From positions 128,335 through 192,334 of IMG/VR virus record IMGVR_UViG_3300049893_001984: a stretch of 64,000 nt of DNA, one strand, 5' to 3'. Positions 53,408-61,146 of this stretch are shown piece after piece (positions within the stretch are counted from its first letter, which is position 1; every line of letters starts with the position of its first letter). The stretch is from a virus. The notes beneath the pieces are model-generated. The model searched no databases. It worked only from the letters and a program-made list of their open reading frames with translations, and was not told where the DNA came from. The position numbers were made by a program, and so were the translations under genes.

Positions 53408-53653
53408 TTATGGGATTAACTCGAGAGCCGCTGCAGGGTAGAATTTGTCTTTTACAACCGCCATGCAGTTTGCTTTGACATCCTCTACGTCCTTTGACAT
53501 AAATGGCTGGTATACACCTTTGAATGGGTAGTAGTACCATTTCCAATAAAGATCAGATCCTCTGACTACAACAGCTATATAGTTGTCACCTTCGTATAAG
53601 AAAAACGTTTGGTTCGACAAACCTAGATAAGCGGATCTCCATGTTAACTCCAC
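53408..53653 (-). CDS. Hypothetical protein, ends LELIP
   Basis: GTG start behind AAGGAG. Confidence 0.65.
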   Translation of the reverse strand: MELTWRSAYLGLSNQTFFLYEGDNYIAVVVRGSDLYWKWYYYPFKGVYQPFMSKDVEDVKANCMAVVKDKFYPAAALELIP

Positions 53654-53799
53654 TTTTTACTCCTTTCTTGTAACTTGTTTAATGTGAAAAACAGACGCCT
53701 CCTTCAAAGTGAAATCCAAGGATCACCTCCTCTCTAGTAATCTGTTTATTGTGCTTATGCGTGAGGGTATACTCCACGCAACTTTGGAGATGACAGATT

Positions 53800-54774
53800 A
53801 TGTACCTAAAGTACCTTATTACACAGGCTGTACAGGGGTCCAACCTCACCAAGGTTGCTGCAAACGTTTCAACACTGGCCCAGGTTGCCAAAGCCAATAA
53901 CGTCCCTCTCGTTGGTGATTGGCGTTATGCAGCACGCCTTATGGCCAAGAAAACAAGAGCTACACCAGAAGGACAGGCTCACTACGACAAAGTGCTGGGG
54001 TTCTCTACGCCTGAACAGCGGGCGACTATTGACCAACTGAGGAAGCAATCGCTCACACCAAAAGGACGGCTTGAAAACTGGAAAGCAACGATAGGTGACG
54101 CCTCTGAGGCAAATTTAGCCCTGGAAGCAGCCACCCCGAGAATTCACCGTAATAAACAGCGTGAATTTGGTATTGTAAAGAACACCGGAGCGCCTGAGCT
54201 TGGGGTTATAGGGGTTAGAGGACGTGTGGCTATGCCTATCCACGGCGAAACCGGTAATCTTGGCAGCAATGAACTCGGACCTCTATTACACGTAGAGAGG
54301 ACACTCCACACTCATCCAGATATTTTAACGGACCGGCGTATCCGACAGGCTATGGAAAGTGCCTCACCCTTCCGCAAGGGCGAACTGGGGGTAGGTTTTC
54401 CGTCTGGACCGCTTGATTTCCCAGGTGTAGCGAAGTCACCGGAATACTTAAGACGTGAAAAATTCCTTCAACAAAAAATGGACGCCGGTGAACACGATCA
54501 TGCTATTGAATTTTTCAATTTGAAATCCAACCCCCAATACGATTTACCAGTAGCTAAAACACCAGACCAAGCTATTGACACATATAAAAAGATGCGGATA
54601 GGACCTAACACACAAGGTGGCGGCGATATGGCCATGCTAAACTCGCCATTCATGGCTACGCACACAGTTGTAACGCCTCACACAAACCAAGAGACTGTGT
54701 TCAAGGGAAGCCAAGGCCAACTTCGCCGGATGTACTTCCAAAAACAAAACCCAGGTCAGCCTATCGGCACTTAG
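53800..54774 (+). CDS. Solitary plus-strand protein with JAB/MPN-like C-terminal domain
   Basis: QREFG ... LHTHP ... FPSG ... GDM, GGAG SD. Confidence 0.5.
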   Translation: MYLKYLITQAVQGSNLTKVAANVSTLAQVAKANNVPLVGDWRYAARLMAKKTRATPEGQAHYDKVLGFSTPEQRATIDQLRKQSLTPKGRLENWKATIGDASEANLALEAATPRIHRNKQREFGIVKNTGAPELGVIGVRGRVAMPIHGETGNLGSNELGPLLHVERTLHTHPDILTDRRIRQAMESASPFRKGELGVGFPSGPLDFPGVAKSPEYLRREKFLQQKMDAGEHDHAIEFFNLKSNPQYDLPVAKTPDQAIDTYKKMRIGPNTQGGGDMAMLNSPFMATHTVVTPHTNQETVFKGSQGQLRRMYFQKQNPGQPIGT

Positions 54775-55189
54775 CGCATGTGTACTGCACATCATGTATG
54801 CCTGCGCACATACAAATATTGTCGCGCTGCTCCTCAAGGGCAGCTAGCGCTGCTCGGCATACGGTACGCGGCATTGTTTCGTCGTGCTCGTATCGTGTTC
54901 CACTTAACTTTTCGTGCATAAAACCAGCAGCCCATTTATATTTAGGATCAGTCATGCCGGTCATGCGTAGGGCAGGCTTAAATCCTAAGGCCTCCATACG
55001 TTCAACAACCGGACGAACGCAATCCCAATTTTTATCATTAATGAAGTCGCCATGCTCTTCATCAAGAAACCCCATCTTGTCGTACCAACCAGCTGGAAGG
55101 TCATCGGGCTCTTGGTAAGACCAGCCCATGACCTTCTCTGCTACCTCTTTGTTGAGCTCTTCGTCAGTCATGTCTTTTAAGTATTTCAT
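54761..55189 (-). CDS. Phage_ABA_S-like protein, paralog 2
   Basis: LNKEVAEKVMGW...MPRTVCRAALAAL. Confidence 0.7.
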   Translation of the reverse strand: MKYLKDMTDEELNKEVAEKVMGWSYQEPDDLPAGWYDKMGFLDEEHGDFINDKNWDCVRPVVERMEALGFKPALRMTGMTDPKYKWAAGFMHEKLSGTRYEHDETMPRTVCRAALAALEEQRDNICMCAGIHDVQYTCAKCR

Positions 55190-55319
55190 TTTACCCACCC
55201 CGCAACCCAGGATATGATCAAGGTGGCACCGCACCCGAAGACATACCCAGCCATCCCAGGTAGCCCGAGCAAGCCCCAGGCTACCCCCGTAGTTACAAAC
55301 AACGTCATGACCATCTTGC

Positions 55320-55544
55320 TTAAATCGCTAGTTCGCTCCAAGAACTGTCACCTTTCTGCCGCTGCTCTGGTGTAACTTGATTTGCACTGCACTTGGCACC
55401 GTTTCGTTGCTCGAAGTGCCCCTTGCCTCCACAACAAGGGCAGATCGTCTCGGTGGTAACCACAAAGTGCTTACACTTATGGTTACTACATTCGACGGTG
55501 CTGAATCCTACGTATGCCTCGTCGCCACAGTCTGGACATTTCAA
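55320..55544 (-). CDS. Zinc-ribbon protein
   Basis: CPDC..CSNHKC, CPCC. Confidence 0.6.
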   Translation of the reverse strand: MKCPDCGDEAYVGFSTVECSNHKCKHFVVTTETICPCCGGKGHFEQRNGAKCSANQVTPEQRQKGDSSWSELAI

Positions 55545-55565
55545 CAGTCACCTCCCTTTAAATGC

Positions 55566-56021
55566 CTATCTACGAAGCACTGCCAGGCCACGTGCTGTGT
55601 TGACAGTGCTTACACGCCAACCCCTGTCGCCCATTAACTTTATGGATTCTTTCTCACCTCCCCTGTGTGCATCATGCATCACAATCAGCTTTGTTAGGTT
55701 CTCCACAAATAACAAAGACTCAATACGACTTAGCCTTTCCTGACCTCGAGGGCCGTCAACAAATGTCATGCCATAACTTGGCAGAAGCCCTGTAGGTGGT
55801 TTGTCTTTCAGGAGATCACAGAGGTAGGTGTTAACCCCAGGTAGAGCCTTGAGTTCTTTGTAATACTCAGGGTCTGCCTCTATTGTGTCAATTTGACTAA
55901 CTAGTTTGACCAAGTGCGTGGTCGATCTGCCAGGACCAAATTCGATGATCGTTTTTACATTGTGCACCAAGACCAAATGGGAAAGCACGTCCAGATCATC
56001 GTCGTCTACAGCGTAGCTCAT
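55566..56021 (-). CDS. Class I SAM-dependent methyltransferase
   Basis: IIEFGPGRST, TIEAD, TFVDGP, VMHDA. Confidence 0.75.
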   Translation of the reverse strand: MSYAVDDDDLDVLSHLVLVHNVKTIIEFGPGRSTTHLVKLVSQIDTIEADPEYYKELKALPGVNTYLCDLLKDKPPTGLLPSYGMTFVDGPRGQERLSRIESLLFVENLTKLIVMHDAHRGGEKESIKLMGDRGWRVSTVNTARGLAVLRR

Positions 56022-56266
56022 TACTCCTCAACCTTCTTTGGCTCAACAGGCTTTTCCGGTTTGGCTTCCTCTTTCTTGATGTCTGTTACCCAGGTAAATA
56101 CAGGATCGCCTTCTGGATTTGTAACATACTTTGCCAAACCACGCTTACAGGCCTCCCTTTGTACTGATTCCTTACCCCTGTCCCTGCCGGTGCAGCCACC
56201 TATGGGGAAGAAAAGGATAAGCCCTAAAAATGTACCAAGCACAAAAGCTGGTGTGTCACTGTCCAT
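56021..56266 (-). CDS. Small membrane protein (paralog of 57056..57292)
   Basis: TM followed by SVQREAC...KYV...G...FTW. Confidence 0.6.
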   Translation of the reverse strand: MDSDTPAFVLGTFLGLILFFPIGGCTGRDRGKESVQREACKRGLAKYVTNPEGDPVFTWVTDIKKEEAKPEKPVEPKKVEE

Positions 56267-56278
56267 TGTTGTAACTCC

Positions 56279-56695
56279 TTAGGGGACAATTTCTTCTGAA
56301 CTTTCAACCCGTACTGGCTGTTCCTGGCTGTCACTTTCTGGTGCCTGCTGGTGGTAGGCATTTAAAACAAACCTTTCGTGATCGTGCCAGAACGTTTTCC
56401 AATTACGGTACTGTTCGCCTATCCGGTAGTTTTGCCCAGCGTGCGTAAGTGTTTCTAATGGTAGTTCCAACCACCAAAGCGCACAGCGAGCAATACAACC
56501 GGACCTTTCAAACGGTGATAGATTGGCCCAAGGTATCTTCAACGTAGTTATCCCACACATAAACCAAACTTGGCCACCTTCATTACCACACCAGAAGACC
56601 CCCGGAGGAAGAACACACCCGTCGGGGATCTGCACATTTGTGTAGTTTACCATCCCTACGAACCTAGACGCCTCAGACCTCTGCTCTTCATCCAT
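56279..56695 (-). CDS. LPxGCxLP family protein, ends EEIVP
   Basis: IPDGCVLPPGVFWC...WFMCG...GCIARCALWW. Confidence 0.65.
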   Translation of the reverse strand: MDEEQRSEASRFVGMVNYTNVQIPDGCVLPPGVFWCGNEGGQVWFMCGITTLKIPWANLSPFERSGCIARCALWWLELPLETLTHAGQNYRIGEQYRNWKTFWHDHERFVLNAYHQQAPESDSQEQPVRVESSEEIVP

Positions 56696-56705
56696 TGTTG
56701 TGCCC

Positions 56706-57059
56706 TCAAGGTACTATCTCGCCGACGACCTTCCCAGGTGCTGTGTAACATTTTGCCAGTTCCCTATCAACTTGTATGGAAAGCCAACTATGCAGAGCTG
56801 CCCAGTTCTTATGAATTTCATTAACTTCAGTGTAGTTATGCTTTGTCATATCCTTCTCAGCAAACATACCATACTCATAGACCTGCCTATTCCACCATAG
56901 AGTACAGCGCGCAACGCACCCAATCTGCTGGTGTTTTGACATTGTAGAATAAGCTACTTTAAAGTTGTTTTCCCCACAAACAAACCAGGCATCCTCTTCG
57001 TCTTGACTACACCACAACTCCCCTATAGGCAGCACACACCCAACTGGAAGCTTGTTCAT
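56706..57059 (-). CDS. LPxGCxLP family protein, ends GEIVP
   Basis: LPVGCVLPIGELWC...WFVCG...GCVARCTLWW. Confidence 0.65.
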   Translation of the reverse strand: MNKLPVGCVLPIGELWCSQDEEDAWFVCGENNFKVAYSTMSKHQQIGCVARCTLWWNRQVYEYGMFAEKDMTKHNYTEVNEIHKNWAALHSWLSIQVDRELAKCYTAPGKVVGEIVP

Positions 57060-57292
57060 TCTTTTCGCCTCTCTTTCACAGACTCTTTTTCGGGATTATC
57101 CGAGTTCCAGACAAATGTGCTGTTGCCGTACTCGTCTGCAACATACCGGCCAGCTTTGTGCTCGCAGGCCTCCCTTCTGATCGATCGTCTTCCGTCGCTA
57201 TTACCTGCCACATAGGAAAGAATTATGAACAGGCCTGATACCACAGCAACAAGTATAAAGAGTGTCATGTCGTCCTTGTCACTTTCCCGCAT
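57056..57292 (-). CDS. Small membrane protein (paralog of 56021..56266)
   Basis: TM followed by SIRREAC...RYV...G...FVW. Start reassigned to 57292. Confidence 0.6.
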   Translation of the reverse strand: MRESDKDDMTLFILVAVVSGLFIILSYVAGNSDGRRSIRREACEHKAGRYVADEYGNSTFVWNSDNPEKESVKERRKE

Positions 57293-57563
57293 TGCTATCC
57301 TCCGACAAGTAATTGTTGCAGGTGCCTTGCGCTGAGACCATGCGCGGCTTAGCCCAGTCATCCCAGGCTTTCTCAATTGCATTTACCTCTTCGTCAGGGG
57401 TGTCCATCCGGATGAAGAAACCTTCACCCATCAACACCGATCCTGACTTCGGTCTTGGCGGTGCGTTGAAACCGCAGAACAGCACGGTCTCACAATCGTA
57501 CTCAGCTATACGTACGCAATGCTTACAGTTATGGCACCCGTCCTGCATCTTGTATCCGTCCAT
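57279..57563 (-). CDS. CxNC family, paralog 3
   Basis: YKMQDGCHNC...FC...W...GTCNNY. Confidence 0.65.
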   Translation of the reverse strand: MDGYKMQDGCHNCKHCVRIAEYDCETVLFCGFNAPPRPKSGSVLMGEGFFIRMDTPDEEVNAIEKAWDDWAKPRMVSAQGTCNNYLSEDSNAGK

Positions 57564-57569
57564 CGCAGT

Positions 57570-57932
57570 TTACTCCTTCTCAGGGAAGTCAAACTTCAAG
57601 CCGTTGTCCTCTGCATATTTCCACAAACAATCTCTCCACTCCGAGACCATCCCTCTGTCGTGTATATTCTGTAAGCCAGCCAGAAAATCCCAGTCTTCTT
57701 CCGTGACTACGTCCAAGGCTTTTGAAAGGGGAGAATTAGTGATCAGCAGGTCAGTTATACCCCAGCCTTCCATTTCCTCCTTGTATAGCTCATCAGGGAT
57801 CAAACATCCGATCGCGCAGCGCCTACCTGTGTCAGGATCCCGGTAGGCACACCTATTATCAACTCCAATGCACCTTACATTCTGGGTGAGTAGGTGCTCT
57901 GCGACTTTGTTAAAGACAGCCTGCTTGTCCAT
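57570..57932 (-). CDS. Hypothetical phage protein (CAIG.LIPDELY family), paralog 1
   Basis: DKQAVFNKVAEHLLTQ...CAYR...CAIGCLIPDELY. Confidence 0.7.
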   Translation of the reverse strand: MDKQAVFNKVAEHLLTQNVRCIGVDNRCAYRDPDTGRRCAIGCLIPDELYKEEMEGWGITDLLITNSPLSKALDVVTEEDWDFLAGLQNIHDRGMVSEWRDCLWKYAEDNGLKFDFPEKE

Positions 57933-57969
57933 TCTTGTAAGTCCTTATGCCTACAAGGCGTTATGTGAT

Positions 57970-58164
57970 TCAACCATCATAAACGCCCAATTGACGCCAG
58001 CCACGTCGGCCGCGCACCATGTGGCATTTCTCCGTAATGTGATCCGGATGACGCTCACCACATTCCGGACAAACGTCTATGTCTTTCCATTTTTCACCAG
58101 GAACCGTGTTACCTATGCACTTGGGCGATGACCGTAGTACAAAATCCTCAAACGGCTGGTGCAT
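57970..58164 (-). CDS. Small zinc-ribbon protein
   Basis: CPEC...H...C. Confidence 0.5.
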   Translation of the reverse strand: MHQPFEDFVLRSSPKCIGNTVPGEKWKDIDVCPECGERHPDHITEKCHMVRGRRGWRQLGVYDG

Positions 58165-58519
58165 AGTGTTTTCCCTTGCCCTTTAAACCTTTGCCGGTTT
58201 TCAGCCTACGCCAGATGCGTAGCTCTTCTCTTACAAAAGCCAGAGTCTTACGCCGTAATAAGGAACGTGAGTGCAGTCGACCTGAGTCGTCGTACATAAA
58301 CAAAATACAGTCGCTTGTACCGCATCCATCCTTCAGCGGACCTGTTTGTACAAGGAAACAAGACAGCTGATGCGCCAGTGTCTCCTTTGCTAAAATACGG
58401 GCAGTTTCATTTTCTATGTCCTCTGCCCACTCGTAGCCGTACTCAATTAGAGTCAGGACTTTTTCCAACTCCCGTTTGAACCTATCACCGATAGGCATTA
58501 TTGAACCTCCTCTGCCCAC
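58148..58519 (-). CDS. Hypothetical protein
   Basis: 123-aa ORF. Confidence 0.55.
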   Translation of the reverse strand: MGRGGSIMPIGDRFKRELEKVLTLIEYGYEWAEDIENETARILAKETLAHQLSCFLVQTGPLKDGCGTSDCILFMYDDSGRLHSRSLLRRKTLAFVREELRIWRRLKTGKGLKGKGKHYAPAV

Positions 58520-58878
58520 TGTGCCGGGAAAACCAGCTTGTGCCTGTCGGCCAACAACTTCAACTCGTACACCCAGGTTACAGGGTCTTTCTCGTCATGA
58601 AGCTGTTGAAGCTCCATCAGGAAATTCGTGTCATCGAAAAAATTCTTTATCTCCAGATGGGCATACAGCTTCGGGTTAGTCTGTATTAAAACAGTGGCCT
58701 GCTTGCCTTCCATGCTCGGGGTGTACAACTCGTCTGGGATCAAAACTCCAATTGCACACTTCAACCCATCATCGCCCCTGTAAACACAGCTGGCGATGAA
58801 CGCCTCTTCAGTGACACTTCGCTTGCCTTGCTTCAACAGGTGATTTGCCACTGTTGTAAACACAGCTTGTTTATCCAC
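58498..58878 (-). CDS. CAIG.LIPDELY family, paralog 2
   Basis: DKQAVFTTVANHLLKQ...CVYR...CAIGVLIPDELY, GTG start. Confidence 0.7.
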   Translation of the reverse strand: MDKQAVFTTVANHLLKQGKRSVTEEAFIASCVYRGDDGLKCAIGVLIPDELYTPSMEGKQATVLIQTNPKLYAHLEIKNFFDDTNFLMELQQLHDEKDPVTWVYELKLLADRHKLVFPAQWAEEVQ

Positions 58879-58944
58879 GTAGTTACCCCTTGCATTTAGT
58901 AACGTGAACGTTAAACTTGGCGAAGTTCCCACCTTCGCCAAGCA

Positions 58945-59112
58945 TCAATCTTCCAGCGTGTACGTCACCTTGTACTTCCTGCCGCCAAAGCCAAGGCTGT
59001 TTGCCCCTCCACGTGTACTCCTGCGCAGCTCAGCCAGGCGGCGCTGTAGCCTCTTTCGATCGCCTTCAGCAATCAACTCCTTCTTGCCGTTGGCCATCCT
59101 GTATAGCTTCAT
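58945..59112 (-). CDS. Small basic 55-aa protein (not in ORF track)
   Basis: MKLYRMANGKKELIAEGDRKRLQRRLAELRR...YTLED, starts at the repeat cassette ATG. Confidence 0.6.
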   Translation of the reverse strand: MKLYRMANGKKELIAEGDRKRLQRRLAELRRSTRGGANSLGFGGRKYKVTYTLED

Positions 59113-59140
59113 TCTCGTAACTCCTTACGCCGCAAAGGCG

Positions 59141-59506
59141 TTATAGGAAATGTTCGATTATGTCGGCGATCTGACTGAAGGTAAAACCATTGTCATTCAG
59201 AAATGCCAACGAAATCTGTTGATTGTACTTGTCTTTCAACCCCGGAATTGCCCCCATGGGATTAAGACCGGTCTTTATGCATAAGTCGAGGGGCAGGACA
59301 TCGTACTCGTCTATGTAATACGTGTTTCCATCTTTCTCGCCAAGATGCCACTTGATCGGGTCGTTCAGGTCGCAAAGAACACCCAAACAGCAATACTCAC
59401 TTTCGTAGTTCTTCAGCAACCCTTTGCCCTGAGGGTACTGTCCAGATCGCAGCGCTTCGACCCATCTCTGTTTGAGTTCCGGACTTAACTTCACCTCGTT
59501 AACCAT
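59141..59506 (-). CDS. Hypothetical phage protein
   Basis: WVEALRSGQYPQG...CCLGVLCDL...NDNGFTFSQIADII. Confidence 0.7.
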   Translation of the reverse strand: MVNEVKLSPELKQRWVEALRSGQYPQGKGLLKNYESEYCCLGVLCDLNDPIKWHLGEKDGNTYYIDEYDVLPLDLCIKTGLNPMGAIPGLKDKYNQQISLAFLNDNGFTFSQIADIIEHFL

Positions 59507-59539
59507 TCACGTAACTCCTTACGCCACAAAGGCGTTATG

Positions 59540-60073
59540 TTACTCCCTGTCAGGCTTCCTGCAGTATCGCTCCCGCTTGAGCGCCTCCAACTCATCGAGC
59601 GTATGCAACAACCATTCCTCATTACGCCAGCACCTGTCTTTGGACCAGGCTTGTGCGGCTAACACAACAAGCCCAGTAATGCGCTCTTCCAACGATGACC
59701 GCCTTACACTGCGTCGTATGGCAGCCCTTGACATTGATTTATACTTCTTCTGGTTAAGGTGCCACTTGGCGTAATCAACTTCTTCGCCGATATCCGGATG
59801 GTGTGGTTTATCTTTAACCTCAACCGGACGCTTATCCTGCGTGCCACTGCAATCGCGTTCTGGCTGCGTTACAGCGGCTTTAACCTCAAGAGGCTGACTT
59901 ACTAGGGCTAAGCTGTCAGAGCTCTCCACAGGCTTACGGAGCGGGGTATTCCGGTTTTCTGTAAAAAGCCCCGCGACGAGACTCCGCATTACTGCCCTAA
60001 TCTCGGCATGACGCTCTTCAAGCGTTGGGCCTCCTGCTGGGCTACTATTTACTTCCATGGTTATGACCTCCAA
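59540..60073 (-). CDS. Hypothetical protein
   Basis: 177-aa ORF, GGAGG SD. Confidence 0.55.
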   Translation of the reverse strand: MEVITMEVNSSPAGGPTLEERHAEIRAVMRSLVAGLFTENRNTPLRKPVESSDSLALVSQPLEVKAAVTQPERDCSGTQDKRPVEVKDKPHHPDIGEEVDYAKWHLNQKKYKSMSRAAIRRSVRRSSLEERITGLVVLAAQAWSKDRCWRNEEWLLHTLDELEALKRERYCRKPDRE

Positions 60074-60087
60074 ATTTGAATTTCACG

Positions 60088-60113
60088 TAACTCCTTGATG
60101 CATCAAGGAGTTA
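60088..60113. repeat. 26-bp perfect palindrome
   Basis: TAACTCCTTGATGCATCAAGGAGTTA. Confidence 0.9.
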
Positions 60114-60342
60114 TGGAACATTTGCTTGGCCTTTTGGCGTGAGCTGCGTCAGCAGCCATGGTTAGCAGCATGCGTATATTCACCAGCTGCCCAACAGAGT
60201 GGCTTTCGGCAACAGCTTCACCTATCTCTTTCAGCTGGTCGATGGTCAGCTGCTTTTCATCACCATTTTCACAGAACGCTGAGTCAGCCGCACACACGGC
60301 CGCTTTCAACGCCTGTACGATGCAGTATTGCGCTCTTGTCAT
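60103..60342 (-). CDS. Hypothetical protein
   Basis: 79-aa ORF. Confidence 0.55.
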   Translation of the reverse strand: MTRAQYCIVQALKAAVCAADSAFCENGDEKQLTIDQLKEIGEAVAESHSVGQLVNIRMLLTMAADAAHAKRPSKCSITP

Positions 60343-60372
60343 TTCTCACCTTTCTCATAACTCCTTATGGCA

Positions 60373-60678
60373 TCAAGGAATTATGTCATCTGATTTGCTT
60401 TCGTTGCCAATGCTTAGCAGCCCGCGCCGCAGCTCTGGTGGCAACTCTATAACTTCGCGTGCTACGACATTTGCTGCCTTTTCGTAGTGATTACAGACGA
60501 AATGAAGGGCAACATCTCTGTCCTTCGCCCATTCCTCGAATGACAGGGCATTCCAGTATGCAGGCATGGGCGGCGCCTCGTACCTGCAGTACAGCTTGGA
60601 ATCATCAGGCTCATCAGAACGGCATGAGTGTCTGCAATTGAAACAGCAGGGTTGCTCCCTGAATCCCTCTGGCGGCAT
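60373..60678 (-). CDS. CxNC family, paralog 4, ends DDIIP
   Basis: FREQPCCFNC...YC...W...VCNHY. Start 60678 (or 60813). Confidence 0.6.
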   Translation of the reverse strand: MPPEGFREQPCCFNCRHSCRSDEPDDSKLYCRYEAPPMPAYWNALSFEEWAKDRDVALHFVCNHYEKAANVVAREVIELPPELRRGLLSIGNESKSDDIIP

Positions 60679-60706
60679 TACGTATCTCCTGTTAGTGACG
60701 GGTCGA

Positions 60707-60880
60707 TTAAATGCATCCGCCCTCCATGCACTCCAAGTTGCACTCCAATCGTTCACGCGAGCAACCACGCAACCAGGCAATGATCTGCCGTTCAGTATCT
60801 CCAACCTTGCCATCTAGGACAAAATCACGATCCGGTCGCACCAATTGTGCCCAGTCAGCCGCCACCTGTTCAGCTGTCAT
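60707..60880 (-). CDS. Small hypothetical protein
   Basis: ATG 60880 behind AGGAG, overlapping the upstream TAA. Confidence 0.45.
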   Translation of the reverse strand: MTAEQVAADWAQLVRPDRDFVLDGKVGDTERQIIAWLRGCSRERLECNLECMEGGCI

Positions 60881-61119
60881 TACGTATCTCCTGTTAGCGG
60901 CGGGTTGCACCGCGTGCTTGGCGTGTGCTCATCGCAAACGCCCGTCTCTGTCACCATACGCCCCTCGGCCCACTCTAGAAAGAGGATTGGACTGCTGTAA
61001 GGCGGCATTGGGTTCGCATTGTGCGTACAGTACAGTACACGGAAGTCGACTCCCTCAGGCTCAACTGCCTTCTTACAGTTCCAGCAGCCTGATCTCTGTC
61101 TGTAGCTTGTGGGACGCAT
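60880..61119 (-). CDS. CxNC family, paralog 5
   Basis: YRQRSGCWNC...YC...W...GVCDEH. Confidence 0.65.
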   Translation of the reverse strand: MRPTSYRQRSGCWNCKKAVEPEGVDFRVLYCTHNANPMPPYSSPILFLEWAEGRMVTETGVCDEHTPSTRCNPPLTGDT

Positions 61120-61146
61120 TTACACTCCTCCTGTTCACATAACTCC

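Larger units (their letters stand above)
57930..59538 (-). repeat. Three copies of a 35-bp start-associated intergenic cassette (57930-57964, 59110-59144, 59504-59538)
   Basis: Minus-strand consensus ATAACGCCTTTGyGGCGTAAGGAGTTACGwGAATG. Confidence 0.85.
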
